This document shows, one piece after another, positions 1 to 11,500 of a stretch of DNA of 64,000 nt (positions within the stretch are counted from its first letter, which is position 1; each line of letters opens with the position of its first letter). Origin of the DNA: an uncultured Spirochaetales bacterium (GTDB lineage Bacteria; Spirochaetota; Spirochaetia; SPDA01; CAZSGZ01). The stretch lies in contig CAYTSI010000002.1 in assembly GCA_964440465.1 (NCBI GenBank), forward strand, positions 15,559 through 79,558. The letters are read 5' to 3'. The notes beneath the pieces were generated by a model. That model saw only the letters and a program-made list of their open reading frames with translations. It was not told the origin of the DNA and made no database searches. A program made the translations under genes and the position numbers.

Positions 1-690
1 CTCCTTGTTCCGGACATTTCTCTCGCGGTGGCCGAGAAATTCGCCCTGAAGGGGAAGAAGGTCCTTGTTCTCTTAACGGACATGACCAACTTTGCCGATG
101 CCTTGAAGGAAATCGCGATTACCATGGAGCAGGTCCCGTCTAACCGGGGATACCCCGGGGACCTCTACAGCCAGCTGGCGGCACGGTACGAAAAGGCGGT
201 GGACTTCGAAGGCGCCGGCTCGATTACCGTCCTCGCGGTCACCACAATGCCGGGTGACGATGTTACCCATCCGATCCCGGACAATACCGGATACATTACC
301 GAGGGGCAGTACTACCTTAGGAACGGACGGATAGAACCGTTTGGAAGTCTTTCCCGGCTGAAACAGCTGGTCAATCAGTCGACCAGGGCCGACCACCGCT
401 CCCTGATGGACGGCATGATTAAGCTGTACGCCGCGTACAAAGAATCACTTGAAAAGAAGTCCATGGGGTTCATGATGAACGATTGGGACGAAAAACTGCT
501 GAAATACGGTGAAATATTTGAACGGGAAATGATGGACCTCTCCGTAAATATTCCTTTAGAAGAAGCGCTGGACAACGGCTGGAAAATCTTAGCCGAATGT
601 TTTACCTCTGAAGAAACGGGGCTCCGGTCGGACCTGCTTTCCAATTTTTGGCCGAAAGAGGCGGAGAAACCTGCAGAAGTGACGACATAA
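1..690 (+). CDS. atpB: V-type ATP synthase subunit B, 5'-partial (runs off window start)
   Basis: Frame-1 translation from nt 1 gives ...[38 protein letters not shown]...FGSLSRL, typical V1 B-subunit C-terminal half. Followed by D, I and K subunit genes. Confidence 0.85.
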   Translation, partial: LLVPDISLAVAEKFALKGKKVLVLLTDMTNFADALKEIAITMEQVPSNRGYPGDLYSQLAARYEKAVDFEGAGSITVLAVTTMPGDDVTHPIPDNTGYITEGQYYLRNGRIEPFGSLSRLKQLVNQSTRADHRSLMDGMIKLYAAYKESLEKKSMGFMMNDWDEKLLKYGEIFEREMMDLSVNIPLEEALDNGWKILAECFTSEETGLRSDLLSNFWPKEAEKPAEVTT

Positions 691-692
691 TT

Positions 693-1289
693 ATGGCGAA
701 TGTTAAACTGACAAAAAACGAGCAGAAAAAACAGCGGGACGCGTTAAAACGGTTTCAGCGCTATCTGCCCACCCTTATCCTGAAAAAACAGCAGCTGCAG
801 ATGGTCATCCGTCAAGTAGAGGCGAAGGAGCGGGAAAAGCGGCGGGAACAGGAATTTGTACGGGAAAATATACAATCCTGGATAGCGGTTTTCGGGGAGG
901 AATATCCCCTCGCGGACCTCGTTTCCATCGAGTCAGTGGATACGGACACCGGAAACATCGCCGGTGTGGACATTCCTGTGTTTACAGCCATTCGGTTCAA
1001 AGAGACCGAGTACGACCTTTTTGCTGCCCCCGTCTGGATCGATACGGCGGTACAGCGGCTGAAAGCGATTATTGCCCTGGACGAAGAGGTGAAAATACTA
1101 CAACGGCAGGTTGAACTTCTCAATCAGGAACTTCGGACAACGAGCCAGCGGGTGAATTTGTTCGAAAAGGTAAAAATACCTGAAACCAAGGAAAATATCC
1201 GGGTAATAGGGATTTACCTTGGAGACCAGCAGACGGCCGCGGTTGTACGGGGGAAAATTGCAAAAAATAAACTGGTAAAGGAAGCCTGA
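693..1289 (+). CDS. atpD: V-type ATP synthase subunit D
   Basis: MANVKLTKNEQKKQRDALKRFQRYLPTLILKKQQLQ... is a coiled-coil D-subunit-like protein. The ATG lies 2 nt after the subunit B stop. The track ORF at 648 is an out-of-frame upstream extension. Confidence 0.75.
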   Translation: MANVKLTKNEQKKQRDALKRFQRYLPTLILKKQQLQMVIRQVEAKEREKRREQEFVRENIQSWIAVFGEEYPLADLVSIESVDTDTGNIAGVDIPVFTAIRFKETEYDLFAAPVWIDTAVQRLKAIIALDEEVKILQRQVELLNQELRTTSQRVNLFEKVKIPETKENIRVIGIYLGDQQTAAVVRGKIAKNKLVKEA

Positions 1290-1291
1290 AC

Positions 1292-3199
1292 ATGATTGTT
1301 CCGATGAAAAAAGTGTTCCTCCTCGTTGTAGAAAAAGAAAAGAAGAGCGCGCTGCGGAAACTCAGCAAACTCGGGGTACTGCATATCGAAACCATCCCCG
1401 GCGAAAGCGCCGAACTTACCGAGCTCTTGGAACAGAAGGAAAAAACTACATCCGCCCTGATGCAAATTTCCGACGAACAGGCAAAAGATGTGGAGGAGAT
1501 CGTTACCGACGAACCGGTTGCCGCTTCCGTGGAAACGGAGCATGTGCGGGTCCGGGAAGAAATTGATCACATCCTGTCGCTCGCCGAACAGAAACAAGAG
1601 GCCGTTGAAGAACTCGCGAAACTAAAACGGGAATACGATAAACTATCGGTGTGGGGTAATTTCGACCCCCGGGAAATCGGGACCCTCGAAGAGAAAGGGG
1701 TCCTCCTCCGCCTGTATCAGGTATCGAAGGATGAATTCGACACCATCAAGGCCAAGGACAAATGCTTTATTGTCAATAAGACAAAAAACATGGTCCGTTT
1801 CGCCTTCGTTGCCCGCGGGGAAGAGGAGCTTCCTCCGTTTCCGGCCGTGCCGCTTCCCGAAATGGGTATGGCGGAGCTTCAGGAGCGGACCGCGCGGTTG
1901 GAACAGGACATCCGTAATGTCGATGAGACGATGTGTCACAAACACTACGTCCGGACGGCCATTGAAAAAGAACTGGAAGAGATTGACGGTAAAATTTATT
2001 TCGAGCAGGCCCATCTCAGCATGGGTGTGGAAGAAAAAATTGCCTACCTGAAGGGGTTTGCCCCGGTACAGACGGCGGAACTTCTCAAGGAGGCGGCGGC
2101 AACGAACGGCTGGGGGCTTCGGATCGAAGACCCTTCGGAAGATGATGAAGTGCCGACCCTTGTAAAAAACCCGAAATGGATACGGATAATTCAGCCGATT
2201 TTCGATCTCATCGGTACCGTCCCGGGATACAGAGAGTACGATATCAGTTTCTTTTTCCTCTTCTTCTTCAGCATATTTTTCGCGATGATTATCGGAGACG
2301 CGGGGTATGGAAGCATTCTGTTTGCCGGCGCCCTCATTGGAATTATCAAAGGGGCCGCTTCGAAAAAAGGGGTGTCAACGGCCACGGCGTTACTGGCCGT
2401 CTTGAGCCTTTCGACAATCGGCTGGGGGGCGGTTACCGGCACCTGGTTCGGTTCGGAATATATTGTGGACAACACCTTCCTTTCCCGGCTGGTGATCGAC
2501 AGAGTCGCAACATTTAACCCGAGAAGCAGCGAAACGGTCAAGTTTATATGCTTCGTCATTGGAACGGTACAAATTGCAATCGCGCATGTGTGGAAATTTC
2601 TCGCCGAACTCAAGAAGAAGCCCGTCATTAAAGCGTTTACACAGCTCGGCTGGTTTATCATGGTTTTAGGTCTGTACTACCTCGTATTAAGCCTTGTGCT
2701 CAATACCGGGGAGATACGGGAATTTACCTTCCTCGACCGGGTCCTGAAACCGGTCAGTATGCCGGGGTACAGTCTGTACATGCTGATTGCCGGTGCCGCG
2801 ATGGTTATCCTGTTTTCAAAGCAGGAAGGGCAGTTTTTTAAGGGAATTCTCAAGGGCTTCGGCGGATTTTTAACCACCTTTCTCGACAGCATCGGCGCTT
2901 TTTCCGATATTATTTCCTACATCAGGCTCTTCGCGGTAGGACTGGCAACGGTAGAGATAGCGAAAAGTTTCAACGAAATGGCCGCGGGAAGCGGCAGCGG
3001 AGTTACCGGAATTATCGGCGGTGCGATCATATTGATTTTCGGACATACCCTCAATCTGGCAATGGGCGCCTTAAGTGTCATTGTCCACGGCGTGCGTCTG
3101 AATATGCTGGAATTTTCGGGCCATTTGGGAATGGAATGGACTGGGAGACCTTATACACCGCTGCGGGAACGCGGCAGTGGATATGAAGATAAAAAATAG
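1292..3199 (+). CDS. atpI: V-type ATP synthase subunit I (a/116-kDa subunit)
   Basis: 635 aa with a hydrophilic N-terminal half and a multi-TM C-terminal half. It sits between D and K as in T. pallidum-type V-ATPase operons. Confidence 0.85.
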   Translation: MIVPMKKVFLLVVEKEKKSALRKLSKLGVLHIETIPGESAELTELLEQKEKTTSALMQISDEQAKDVEEIVTDEPVAASVETEHVRVREEIDHILSLAEQKQEAVEELAKLKREYDKLSVWGNFDPREIGTLEEKGVLLRLYQVSKDEFDTIKAKDKCFIVNKTKNMVRFAFVARGEEELPPFPAVPLPEMGMAELQERTARLEQDIRNVDETMCHKHYVRTAIEKELEEIDGKIYFEQAHLSMGVEEKIAYLKGFAPVQTAELLKEAAATNGWGLRIEDPSEDDEVPTLVKNPKWIRIIQPIFDLIGTVPGYREYDISFFFLFFFSIFFAMIIGDAGYGSILFAGALIGIIKGAASKKGVSTATALLAVLSLSTIGWGAVTGTWFGSEYIVDNTFLSRLVIDRVATFNPRSSETVKFICFVIGTVQIAIAHVWKFLAELKKKPVIKAFTQLGWFIMVLGLYYLVLSLVLNTGEIREFTFLDRVLKPVSMPGYSLYMLIAGAAMVILFSKQEGQFFKGILKGFGGFLTTFLDSIGAFSDIISYIRLFAVGLATVEIAKSFNEMAAGSGSGVTGIIGGAIILIFGHTLNLAMGALSVIVHGVRLNMLEFSGHLGMEWTGRPYTPLRERGSGYEDKK

Positions 3200-3228
3200 A
3201 AAGATTTCATGGTAAAGGAGTAGAAATA

Positions 3229-3660
3229 ATGAATGTTGGGTTAATAGGAGTCGGCGCGGCACTTGCTTTTGCTGCAATAGGATCTGCCATCGGTGCCGGA
3301 GCGGCGGGAATGGCAGCTGTCGGGGCGTGGAAAAAATGTTTTGCTCAGAACAAGCCCGCTCCCTTTATGCTGGTGGCCTTTGTCGGGGCGCCGCTTACAC
3401 AGACAATTTACGGATTTATTCTCATGAACACCCTCCGGGAAGCCGCTGAAGGCATGGACCCGATGCTGCTGTTAGGGGCAGGCATCCTCGGCGGAATTGC
3501 CATGGGATTCTCAGCGATGTTTCAGGGAAAAGCAGGAGCTGCCGCGTCGGACGCGTTGGCTGAAACCGGGAAAGGGTTCGGAAACTATATTATGGTCCTC
3601 GGCCTTGTGGAAACAGTTGCCCTTTTTGTCATGGTTTTTCTCATGGGCATTGTCGGTTAA
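3229..3660 (+). CDS. atpK: V-type ATP synthase subunit K (proteolipid c-ring)
   Basis: 143 aa, Gly/Ala-rich hydrophobic hairpins (GAALAFAAIGSAIGAGAAG...). AAGGAG RBS upstream. Confidence 0.85.
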   Translation: MNVGLIGVGAALAFAAIGSAIGAGAAGMAAVGAWKKCFAQNKPAPFMLVAFVGAPLTQTIYGFILMNTLREAAEGMDPMLLLGAGILGGIAMGFSAMFQGKAGAAASDALAETGKGFGNYIMVLGLVETVALFVMVFLMGIVG

Positions 3661-3687
3661 CGTACCGGAGGAAGTACGAATTCAGCA

Positions 3688-4743
3688 ATGAAACCCCTCC
3701 GGAGAACGACCCGTCCGGTGAAGGTCGGGTCGTGTGTTATCGGAGGCGGAAACCCCGTTACCATACAGACGATGTGGAAGGCCCCGCTTACGAAGGAGAT
3801 TGAGGAGACAGTTTCCGGCATACGGCGGCTTACGGACATCGGCTGCGATATAATCCGCTTTGCAGTGCCGGACATGGAATCCGCCGGCGTGTTAGGCCGT
3901 ATTGCCCGAGTGTCGCCGATACCGGTGGTAGCGGACATCCATTTCGACTACACATTGGCCCTTGCCTGTCTCGATACGCCGATAGCGAAAATACGGATAA
4001 ATCCGGGAAATATCGGGACCCCGGCGAAGATCCGTGAAGTGCTGAAAAAGGCCGACGCTTTGGGAAAGCCGATCCGGGTGGGGATTAACAGCGGCTCTCT
4101 GCCGGGGAAGCTTAGGAAAGAAGCGGACCGCGGCGGAGCTATGGTCAAGGCTGCCGAGGAAGAGATACATCTGCTGGAGCAGGCGGGCTTTCGGTCCGCC
4201 GTATTTTCGCTGAAATCTTCGAATTTGGAGGAGATGATAGAGGCAAACGCGCGGTTTTCCGAACGCTACGATTATCCGCTGCACATCGGAATGACGGAAG
4301 CGGGACCGCTGGTGCCGGGAATTGTCCGGAATTCCATCGGTATCTCCCGTCTCCTCGCGATGGGTATCGGCGACACCATCCGTGTTTCGCTGTCGGATTC
4401 ACCGGAGAATGAAATAATCACTGGCAAAGCGGTTTTATCTGCCGAAAATCTATATCAGGGGGGAGTAAAGATAATTTCCTGCCCAACCTGCGGAAGAAAG
4501 ACCTTCGATGTGGAAGGTTTTCTTGCAAGTATTGAAGAGGACCTGGAGAGAATGAAAAAACCGATCACCATCGCCGTAATGGGTTGTGAGGTAAACGGTC
4601 CCGGAGAGGCAAAACACGCCGACTTAGGCATTACCGGTGCCGGGAACAGCGTTCTGCTGTTTAAAAAAGGAAAAATTTTCGGCAGGACCGGTCTCGAAGA
4701 AGGAAAAAACCTGTTTTTAAAGGAACTGCATTCGAAATGCTGA
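3688..4743 (+). CDS. ispG: 4-hydroxy-3-methylbut-2-en-1-yl diphosphate synthase (GcpE)
   Basis: GGGNPVTIQTMW, INPGNIG and the C-terminal CPTCGR...MGCEVNGPGE 4Fe-4S cysteine motif are characteristic of IspG. Confidence 0.9.
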   Translation: MKPLRRTTRPVKVGSCVIGGGNPVTIQTMWKAPLTKEIEETVSGIRRLTDIGCDIIRFAVPDMESAGVLGRIARVSPIPVVADIHFDYTLALACLDTPIAKIRINPGNIGTPAKIREVLKKADALGKPIRVGINSGSLPGKLRKEADRGGAMVKAAEEEIHLLEQAGFRSAVFSLKSSNLEEMIEANARFSERYDYPLHIGMTEAGPLVPGIVRNSIGISRLLAMGIGDTIRVSLSDSPENEIITGKAVLSAENLYQGGVKIISCPTCGRKTFDVEGFLASIEEDLERMKKPITIAVMGCEVNGPGEAKHADLGITGAGNSVLLFKKGKIFGRTGLEEGKNLFLKELHSKC

Positions 4744-5621
4744 AGAAATTGTTGTATCTCGTCATTATCGCCGGTCCGTTTCTTGCAGCAGCCGGGGCGC
4801 AGGAAAAAGATATTTACGAACTGCCCTCGTGGCTTATTTTGGAATACGGCAGAAAAGCCTTTAGTGAAAAGGAACTCGGCGTTGCCCTCCGGTACGCGCG
4901 GGAGGCAATAGAAAAAGAGGGAAGGTTTTTTCCCGAGGCGGAAATTTTAATCGGTGATGTGTTCCGCGGGGAAGGAAATACCGATTTGGCCGTAAAGCAG
5001 TATGAAAAAGCCTTGGCAAGCGCGCGGCAGCTCTATGTTCTTAACGATAAATACAAAATTCTTTATAAGATCGCGGACATTCACCGGGAGGAAGATCCGG
5101 AAACATACGAAGAGACCCTTCGCCGGGTCCTTGAAGACGATGAAATGTACAATCAGGCGGTCATGACGGACCTCGGGACGAAGATGACAGCGATGCTCCG
5201 GAATGAGGGGCTGAATAAACTCCTTGTTCTCTACCGTCTGCGGAGTTATCACTCATTAGAGGCCCACACTGCATTAGGACGGCTCTACTCGGAACAAGGA
5301 CAATGGGAAAAGGCCGCGCTCCATTTTATTTTTTCCGTTGTTACGGTTTTTTCCCGCTGTATTGAAGAATACAAAATGTACGACCCCGAATACATATTCG
5401 AAGAAGCGGACATATTCTTGAGTTTGACAAAACGGTATACTGCAATTCAGGAATATATCGAACATACCGGGCTGTTTGTCGATCTCTACTACCTCGGAGC
5501 GGTCCTGCAAGCACTTGGAGCAAAAACGGAAACGCCGCGGACTATCTGGGAAACAGCCCTCCGCCATACCGCGGACCCCCGGCTAAAAAACCGCCTCGAG
5601 TTCGAGGTGGAGAATTTATAA
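4737..5621 (+). CDS. hypothetical secreted protein (signal peptide, helical/TPR-like)
   Basis: N-terminal signal-like MLKKLLYLVIIAGPFLAAAGA. Overlaps the ispG stop by 7 nt. No recognisable catalytic motif. Confidence 0.45.
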   Translation: MLKKLLYLVIIAGPFLAAAGAQEKDIYELPSWLILEYGRKAFSEKELGVALRYAREAIEKEGRFFPEAEILIGDVFRGEGNTDLAVKQYEKALASARQLYVLNDKYKILYKIADIHREEDPETYEETLRRVLEDDEMYNQAVMTDLGTKMTAMLRNEGLNKLLVLYRLRSYHSLEAHTALGRLYSEQGQWEKAALHFIFSVVTVFSRCIEEYKMYDPEYIFEEADIFLSLTKRYTAIQEYIEHTGLFVDLYYLGAVLQALGAKTETPRTIWETALRHTADPRLKNRLEFEVENL

Positions 5622-5689
5622 CACAATCTCCGGCCCTTCTCACTTGTCACGTGGATATAAATTTCGTACTCTTCCCTTCGGAGCTATGA

Positions 5690-8512
5690 GTGAATTCGAT
5701 CATTATAAAAGGCGCCCGCGAGCATAATCTGAAAAACATCGACCTGGAACTGCCCCGGGACAAACTGATTGTCATATCCGGGCTGAGCGGGTCCGGAAAA
5801 TCTTCGCTGGCCTTCGATACGGTGTTCGCGGAGGGGCAGCGGCGGTATGTCGAGTCCCTTTCCTCCTATGCCCGCCAGTTTTTGGGAAGGATGGACAAAC
5901 CGGATGTCGATTATATCGAAGGATTATCGCCGGCGATCAGTATTGAACAGAAAACAAGCCACCGGAATCCCCGGTCAACCGTGGGAACGGTGACGGAAAT
6001 ATACGATTACTTCAGGCTTCTTTACGCGCGGGTGGGCAAACCCCATTGTCCGCGGTGCGGCAGAGAAATAGAAGAGCAGTCGGTAGACCAGATTATCGAC
6101 ACGATCCTCGCGCATCCGGAAGGGACAAAGCTGATGATTCTCGCCCCGATGGTGCGGGGGAAAAAGGGTGAGCATCAGAAAATATTCCAAGACGCGCTCG
6201 GGGCCGGGTTTGTCCGGGTGCGGGTCAACGGTGAGACGCGGTCTCTGGATGAGGCAATTGTTCTTGACAAACGGAAAAAGCATTCCGTCGAAATTATTGT
6301 CGACAGGATCAAAGTCCGGCGTGACGGTAGAAAACGGATTGCCGATTCGGTGGAAACGGCCCTGGAATTAACCGACGGCCAGGTCCTTGTCGTTGTCGGG
6401 AAAGACAAAAACGAGGAGGAATATTTCTTCTCTCAGCACAGTTCCTGCAGTGTGTGCGGCATCAGTATCCCCGAACTGCAGCCGCGGCTTTTTTCGTTCA
6501 ACAACCCGTACGGCGCCTGTACTTCCTGCGACGGTCTCGGCATAACCCTCGAATTCGACCCGGAACTGGTCATTCCCGATCCGTCCCTCTCATTCAATCA
6601 GCGGGGAGTTGTCCCCTACAACCCCGAGGCAAACTGGCAGCGGAGCTGGTTCGAGGCCCTGGCGAAACACTACGGGTTTAGTTTAAATACTCCCTTAGGG
6701 GAGCTGCCGGAGGACCTCCTGCAGGTTATTCTGTACGGAAGCGGCGACAAGGTGGACGTCAAATATGTCAACAAAAATAAGACCGGAAAATTTGAATATA
6801 CTTCCCGATTTCCGGGGGTCTTGAACGAACTGAAACGGCGGTACATTGAAACAACTTCCGAGGGGATTAAACAGTGGCTCGAACAGTTTATGAGCCAGCG
6901 GAAATGCAAAGCCTGCGGAGGAAAACGGCTGAAGCCGGAGGCCCTCGCGGTTACCACGGGAGGGAAAAACATTCACGATATTACGGCGTTGTCGGTACGG
7001 GACTGCAGCCATTTTTTTCAAAACCTCGAACTGAATGAAACCGAAGGCAAGATTGCCGGTCAAATTGTAAAAGAAATTACCGCGAGGCTGTCGTTTCTGC
7101 GGAAAGTGGGCCTCGACTACATTACCCTGGAGCGGAAAGCCTCCACCCTCTCCGGCGGTGAGGCGCAGCGCATCCGGCTGGCCACCCAAATCGGCTCATC
7201 ACTGGTAGGGGTGCTGTATATTCTCGACGAGCCGACAATCGGGCTGCACCAGCGGGACAATCAACGGCTTATCGATACGCTGAAACATCTCCGCGACTTG
7301 GGAAACACCCTTATTGTGGTGGAGCACGACGAGCAGACCCTGAGGACCGCCGATTACATTGTCGATTTAGGGCCGGGGGCCGGAGTCAACGGCGGCCGAA
7401 TTACGGCGGCGGGTACGCTTGAGGAAGTTGTTGCCAATACAAACAGTCTTACCGGACGGTACCTGGCGGGGGAGGAGTTTATCGCTAACAGGGGCAGCAG
7501 GAGGCCCGGCAGCGGAACAATGCTGAAGGTGTACGGCGCCCGGGAGCACAATCTCAAGAACATCGACATTGCCGTCCCCCTGGGGACGTTTTCCGTTATC
7601 ACCGGCGTTTCGGGATCGGGAAAATCGACCCTTTTGGAAGACATCCTGTGCCCGGCGCTGCTGAATACGCTGTCCCGGACAAAACGGCCGACGGGGGACT
7701 ATGACAGGCTGGAAGGGTACGAAGAGATAGAAAAGGTCATCAACATCGATCAGGACCCCATCGGGAGGACCCCCAGGTCGAACCCCGCGACCTATGTCGG
7801 ACTGTTTACACCAATTCGGGAGCTTTTCGCCTCTCTTCCCGAATCGAAGGCCCGGGGATATAAGCCGGGGCGGTTTTCCTTCAATGTAACGGGAGGGCGG
7901 TGTGAAAACTGCCAGGGTGCCGGGACAATTAAAATCGAGATGCATTTTCTTCCGGATGTCTATATTACCTGCGATGTATGCAAAGGACGGAGGTTCAACA
8001 AGGAGACCCTGGACATCCGCTATAAAGGAAAAAATATCTACGAAGTCCTCGACATGACGGTAGACGATGCCGCGGCTTTTTTCCAGGCAATTCCAAAGGT
8101 TGAAACGAAGCTGCGGACCCTGCGGGAGGTGGGCCTGGGCTATATAAAACTGGGGCAGTCGGCGTTGACTCTTTCGGGGGGAGAAGCGCAGCGGATAAAA
8201 CTTTCACTCGAACTTTCCAAACGGATAACAGGGACCACATTTTATATTTTAGACGAACCGACAACGGGGCTGCATTTCGGGGACGTAAAAAAACTTCTTG
8301 AAGTGCTGCAGACGCTGGTGGACAAGGGGAATACCGTTGTGCTGATTGAACATAACCTGGACATTATTAAACAGGCGGACTATATCATTGATCTCGGCCC
8401 GGAAGGGGGGGAGAACGGCGGCAGATGCATTGCATCCGGTACGCCCGAAGAGGTCGCGAAAACAACGGGCTCCTATACGGGACAGTATCTCCGGAACGTG
8501 TTGAGGGGGTAA
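5690..8512 (+). CDS. uvrA: excinuclease ABC subunit A
   Basis: GTG start giving (M)[18 protein letters not shown]. Two ABC ATPase modules ([10 protein letters not shown] and [10 protein letters not shown]), LSGGEAQR signature twice, zinc-finger Cys clusters. 940 aa. Confidence 0.95.
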   Translation: MNSIIIKGAREHNLKNIDLELPRDKLIVISGLSGSGKSSLAFDTVFAEGQRRYVESLSSYARQFLGRMDKPDVDYIEGLSPAISIEQKTSHRNPRSTVGTVTEIYDYFRLLYARVGKPHCPRCGREIEEQSVDQIIDTILAHPEGTKLMILAPMVRGKKGEHQKIFQDALGAGFVRVRVNGETRSLDEAIVLDKRKKHSVEIIVDRIKVRRDGRKRIADSVETALELTDGQVLVVVGKDKNEEEYFFSQHSSCSVCGISIPELQPRLFSFNNPYGACTSCDGLGITLEFDPELVIPDPSLSFNQRGVVPYNPEANWQRSWFEALAKHYGFSLNTPLGELPEDLLQVILYGSGDKVDVKYVNKNKTGKFEYTSRFPGVLNELKRRYIETTSEGIKQWLEQFMSQRKCKACGGKRLKPEALAVTTGGKNIHDITALSVRDCSHFFQNLELNETEGKIAGQIVKEITARLSFLRKVGLDYITLERKASTLSGGEAQRIRLATQIGSSLVGVLYILDEPTIGLHQRDNQRLIDTLKHLRDLGNTLIVVEHDEQTLRTADYIVDLGPGAGVNGGRITAAGTLEEVVANTNSLTGRYLAGEEFIANRGSRRPGSGTMLKVYGAREHNLKNIDIAVPLGTFSVITGVSGSGKSTLLEDILCPALLNTLSRTKRPTGDYDRLEGYEEIEKVINIDQDPIGRTPRSNPATYVGLFTPIRELFASLPESKARGYKPGRFSFNVTGGRCENCQGAGTIKIEMHFLPDVYITCDVCKGRRFNKETLDIRYKGKNIYEVLDMTVDDAAAFFQAIPKVETKLRTLREVGLGYIKLGQSALTLSGGEAQRIKLSLELSKRITGTTFYILDEPTTGLHFGDVKKLLEVLQTLVDKGNTVVLIEHNLDIIKQADYIIDLGPEGGENGGRCIASGTPEEVAKTTGSYTGQYLRNVLRG

Positions 8513-8513
8513 T

Positions 8514-11500
8514 TTGCCGAGATTTACCGGATTTGTTTGTATTCTATTCTTCTTTCCCGCCCTTTTTCTCTATACCCGGGACCTTGACGATATAACGGCC
8601 GCTGAAATGAGAAGAACCGCGGCCGAAGAAACGGAAGAAACGGAGGCGACGCTGCTGGAAAAGACCCTTCGGATCGATATCGATACGGCGGGGTATTTCG
8701 AACTGCTTGCATGGTGTAAACGTGCCGGCTTGCCGGAACAAGGGGACAAAAAAACCTTGGCCGGCAGACTGTACAGCTACTATAACATCCCTCCGGAAAA
8801 AACGGAGGAGGAAGCCGGGAAGGGCAAAAAAATTACCATTGAATCGGCAAAAACCACCGATTATTTTACCGTCGAAGAAGTGGAAGAGGATTACATCATT
8901 GTAAAGGGAGATGTAATTATCCGGATTTTGGATGAGGAAAAGGGGAGTGAACACAGCATACGGGCCGAAGAAATTTATTTCAATCAAACGAAAAATATCC
9001 TGGCCGCCGAAGGAAACGTCGTCTACACGCTTACGGAAAACGGGAAAGAAGAGACCTTTTTCGGAAAAAGCCTGCATTTTTCATTAGATACCTGGGAAGG
9101 GGTCTTCTTTCAGGGGGTTTCGGTAAGCGATCAGCAAATCGAAGAAGAAACCGTTACCTTCCGTTACTACGGCGATACCATATACCGCTCCGAAAAAGAC
9201 GCAATCCGCCTGGAAGACGGCATTATTTCATCGAGCAAGCCGAAGGAACCATACTACCGGATCGAAGCAAAAAAGATATGGGTCTTGGCCCCCGGTGAAT
9301 GGGCGATATTAGGCGCCTCGATTTATGTGGGCGAAATTCCGATGATGTATCTTCCCTTTTTTTTCAGGAACAGGGACAAGGTCGTCTTCCGTCCGTCCAT
9401 GGGGTTTCGCGACAAGGGGGGCTTTTTTCTGCAGACTACCACCTATTTTATCGGCGAAGCGGACCCGGATGAAGACACCCTCTCATTTCTTCAGCTGGGC
9501 GCCGCCGATGACGGTACCGCGAAAAAAGTGCTGAAAGGTATATATCTTCGTTCCGAAGGGACCTTGACCCGGGAGGAACAGCAGGAAAAACAGGCACTCC
9601 GGCAGGCCGGGACCTACGGTAAACTGATGTTTGACGCCTACTCAAGACTCGGGGTTTTTACCGGCCTCGATATAAACATCGGTGAAACCGAATGGCTGAA
9701 GAATGTAGTTCTCTTCGCCGGTATTGCCCGGAGCCGGGATATTTTTATCGACCCCGAGACCGGATGGTATACGCCGTACTGGGTAACTCCGGAAGGCGCC
9801 GTTGCCTCCCGCTGGAATACCTCGTATATTGCCGGGAATGAGGTCCCCTTCAGGTACGGAATGCAGGCCGCTCTGCTCCTATCTCATCCCGTTTTCAGCA
9901 TCGACGGCAATATCGAGACGTTTTCCGATCCCTCTTTTTCCCGCGATTTTTTCGATAGGAGGGAAGAAACCGACTGGCGTGAATTTATCGGCATTAGTGA
10001 AGAAGCGGACCTGACGGAGGGACCGGGAGAAACGGTGGAAAGCGCCGAAGGGGAACGGGAAACGAACAGACTTTCCTGGTACGCCCGCGGAAAACTGACA
10101 CCGAAAGCCGAATTCCTGCACCCCTATGTAACGGACCTGCAGATCAGCAGGGCGGATGTGGGAGTAAACTGGAAAACCAAGGAAATGGAAATAACCGATG
10201 AAAACCTCCCGGCGGAAGAGTCGCGGACCGAATATTCCCTGCCGGAAAAGCGGTTTTTTTATCCCGATACCATGCTTCTGCCTTCAGCGGCAGCCTCCCT
10301 GTCGGGGCAGGTTGTTAACGTACGTTTTCCCCGGGACAAGAAAAAGCCGGAGGAAGAGGAGAAGGAGCGGGAGGAATTCCCCGGGAAGGGCCTGCTCCGC
10401 CCCTGGCCGGCGGCGGAAAACCCGGACACAGAAGCAGCAGCAGAGGAAGGGGAAATTGCCGGTCCGCCGAAGCTCCGTGTTCCGGATAGTCTGACCGACG
10501 CGGCCCTGCCGAAACTTCCCGGGCCCGTTTTGTACCGGCAAAGTCTCTCCTACAGCCTCAAGCCCTCCGTTTCCGTAGACCACCGGCTGAACTCCGGTTT
10601 GTGGGAATCTCACCGGGACATCGATTTCGCGAAGAAATTTTCCCTGTTGTATACACAGAATTCCTTTGAAGTAAGCAGTCAGTCCGATTTTTACAATTCA
10701 TTGGCTGCGGTAAAAGATACCGTTACCCTGTCGGGAGCGTATAAAGACCATTTCAACCGCAGTGATGATATCGGAGAGGAGGAGTGGGCGAACTACAAGC
10801 TCGACGATTACACTGCCACCGCGTTTCTTACGGTAAACGACCTTACCGCGGCGATCAAACCGTTCATGACGGTTGCCGTGCTGGAGCAATCGGCGGTAAC
10901 CTATAATCTGCAGACAGTACTCTTTAAAAAGGAATATAGCAAAACGGACGAAAACGGTAATCCGGTCTTTACCGATTCAGCTGCCTCCTGGGACAAGGAA
11001 TTCATCCCGAAGCATTCTCTCTCCTCTAATGTTATTCTCCGCGCTTTAGAGGAGGACCAAAAGCTCTCCCTGGAGTATGTGCTGCCGCCGCTGCTGCAGC
11101 TTGTCAGCGCCCGGCTGACCCTGCAGACGGGGCCGTTCGGACATTATATTGCCTGGAGCACGGGGGAAAAGGAGCTGGAAGAAGACCCTGAACAGACTGA
11201 ATGGAAGATGAACCCCCTGGAGCTGCAGGAAAGCTTTTCCTTAAAGGAGTATCTGCTTGTGCGGCAGCGGTTCCTCTATTCCTTTGAATTCAGCCGCTGG
11301 TCGGAAAGTAAGTCCACCCTCAGGCTTTCATTTTTTGAGAAAAACCTCACGCTGCAGGAGGTGTTTATTTTCGGATTTGCAAATGATGAGGCCCTGGAGT
11401 CGGGACCGCCGCTGTTCGATCATCCCTTTTCAAGCGTGACGGAACTGAAAATTTGGTGGTTTTCGGCCGCCTTTCGGGCAAAAAACACCTACGCGTATGA

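Noticed and set aside
8544-9077. 177-aa minus-strand ORF at the start of the LptD-like gene
   Set aside because: It overlaps the LptD-like N-terminus and has no independent support.
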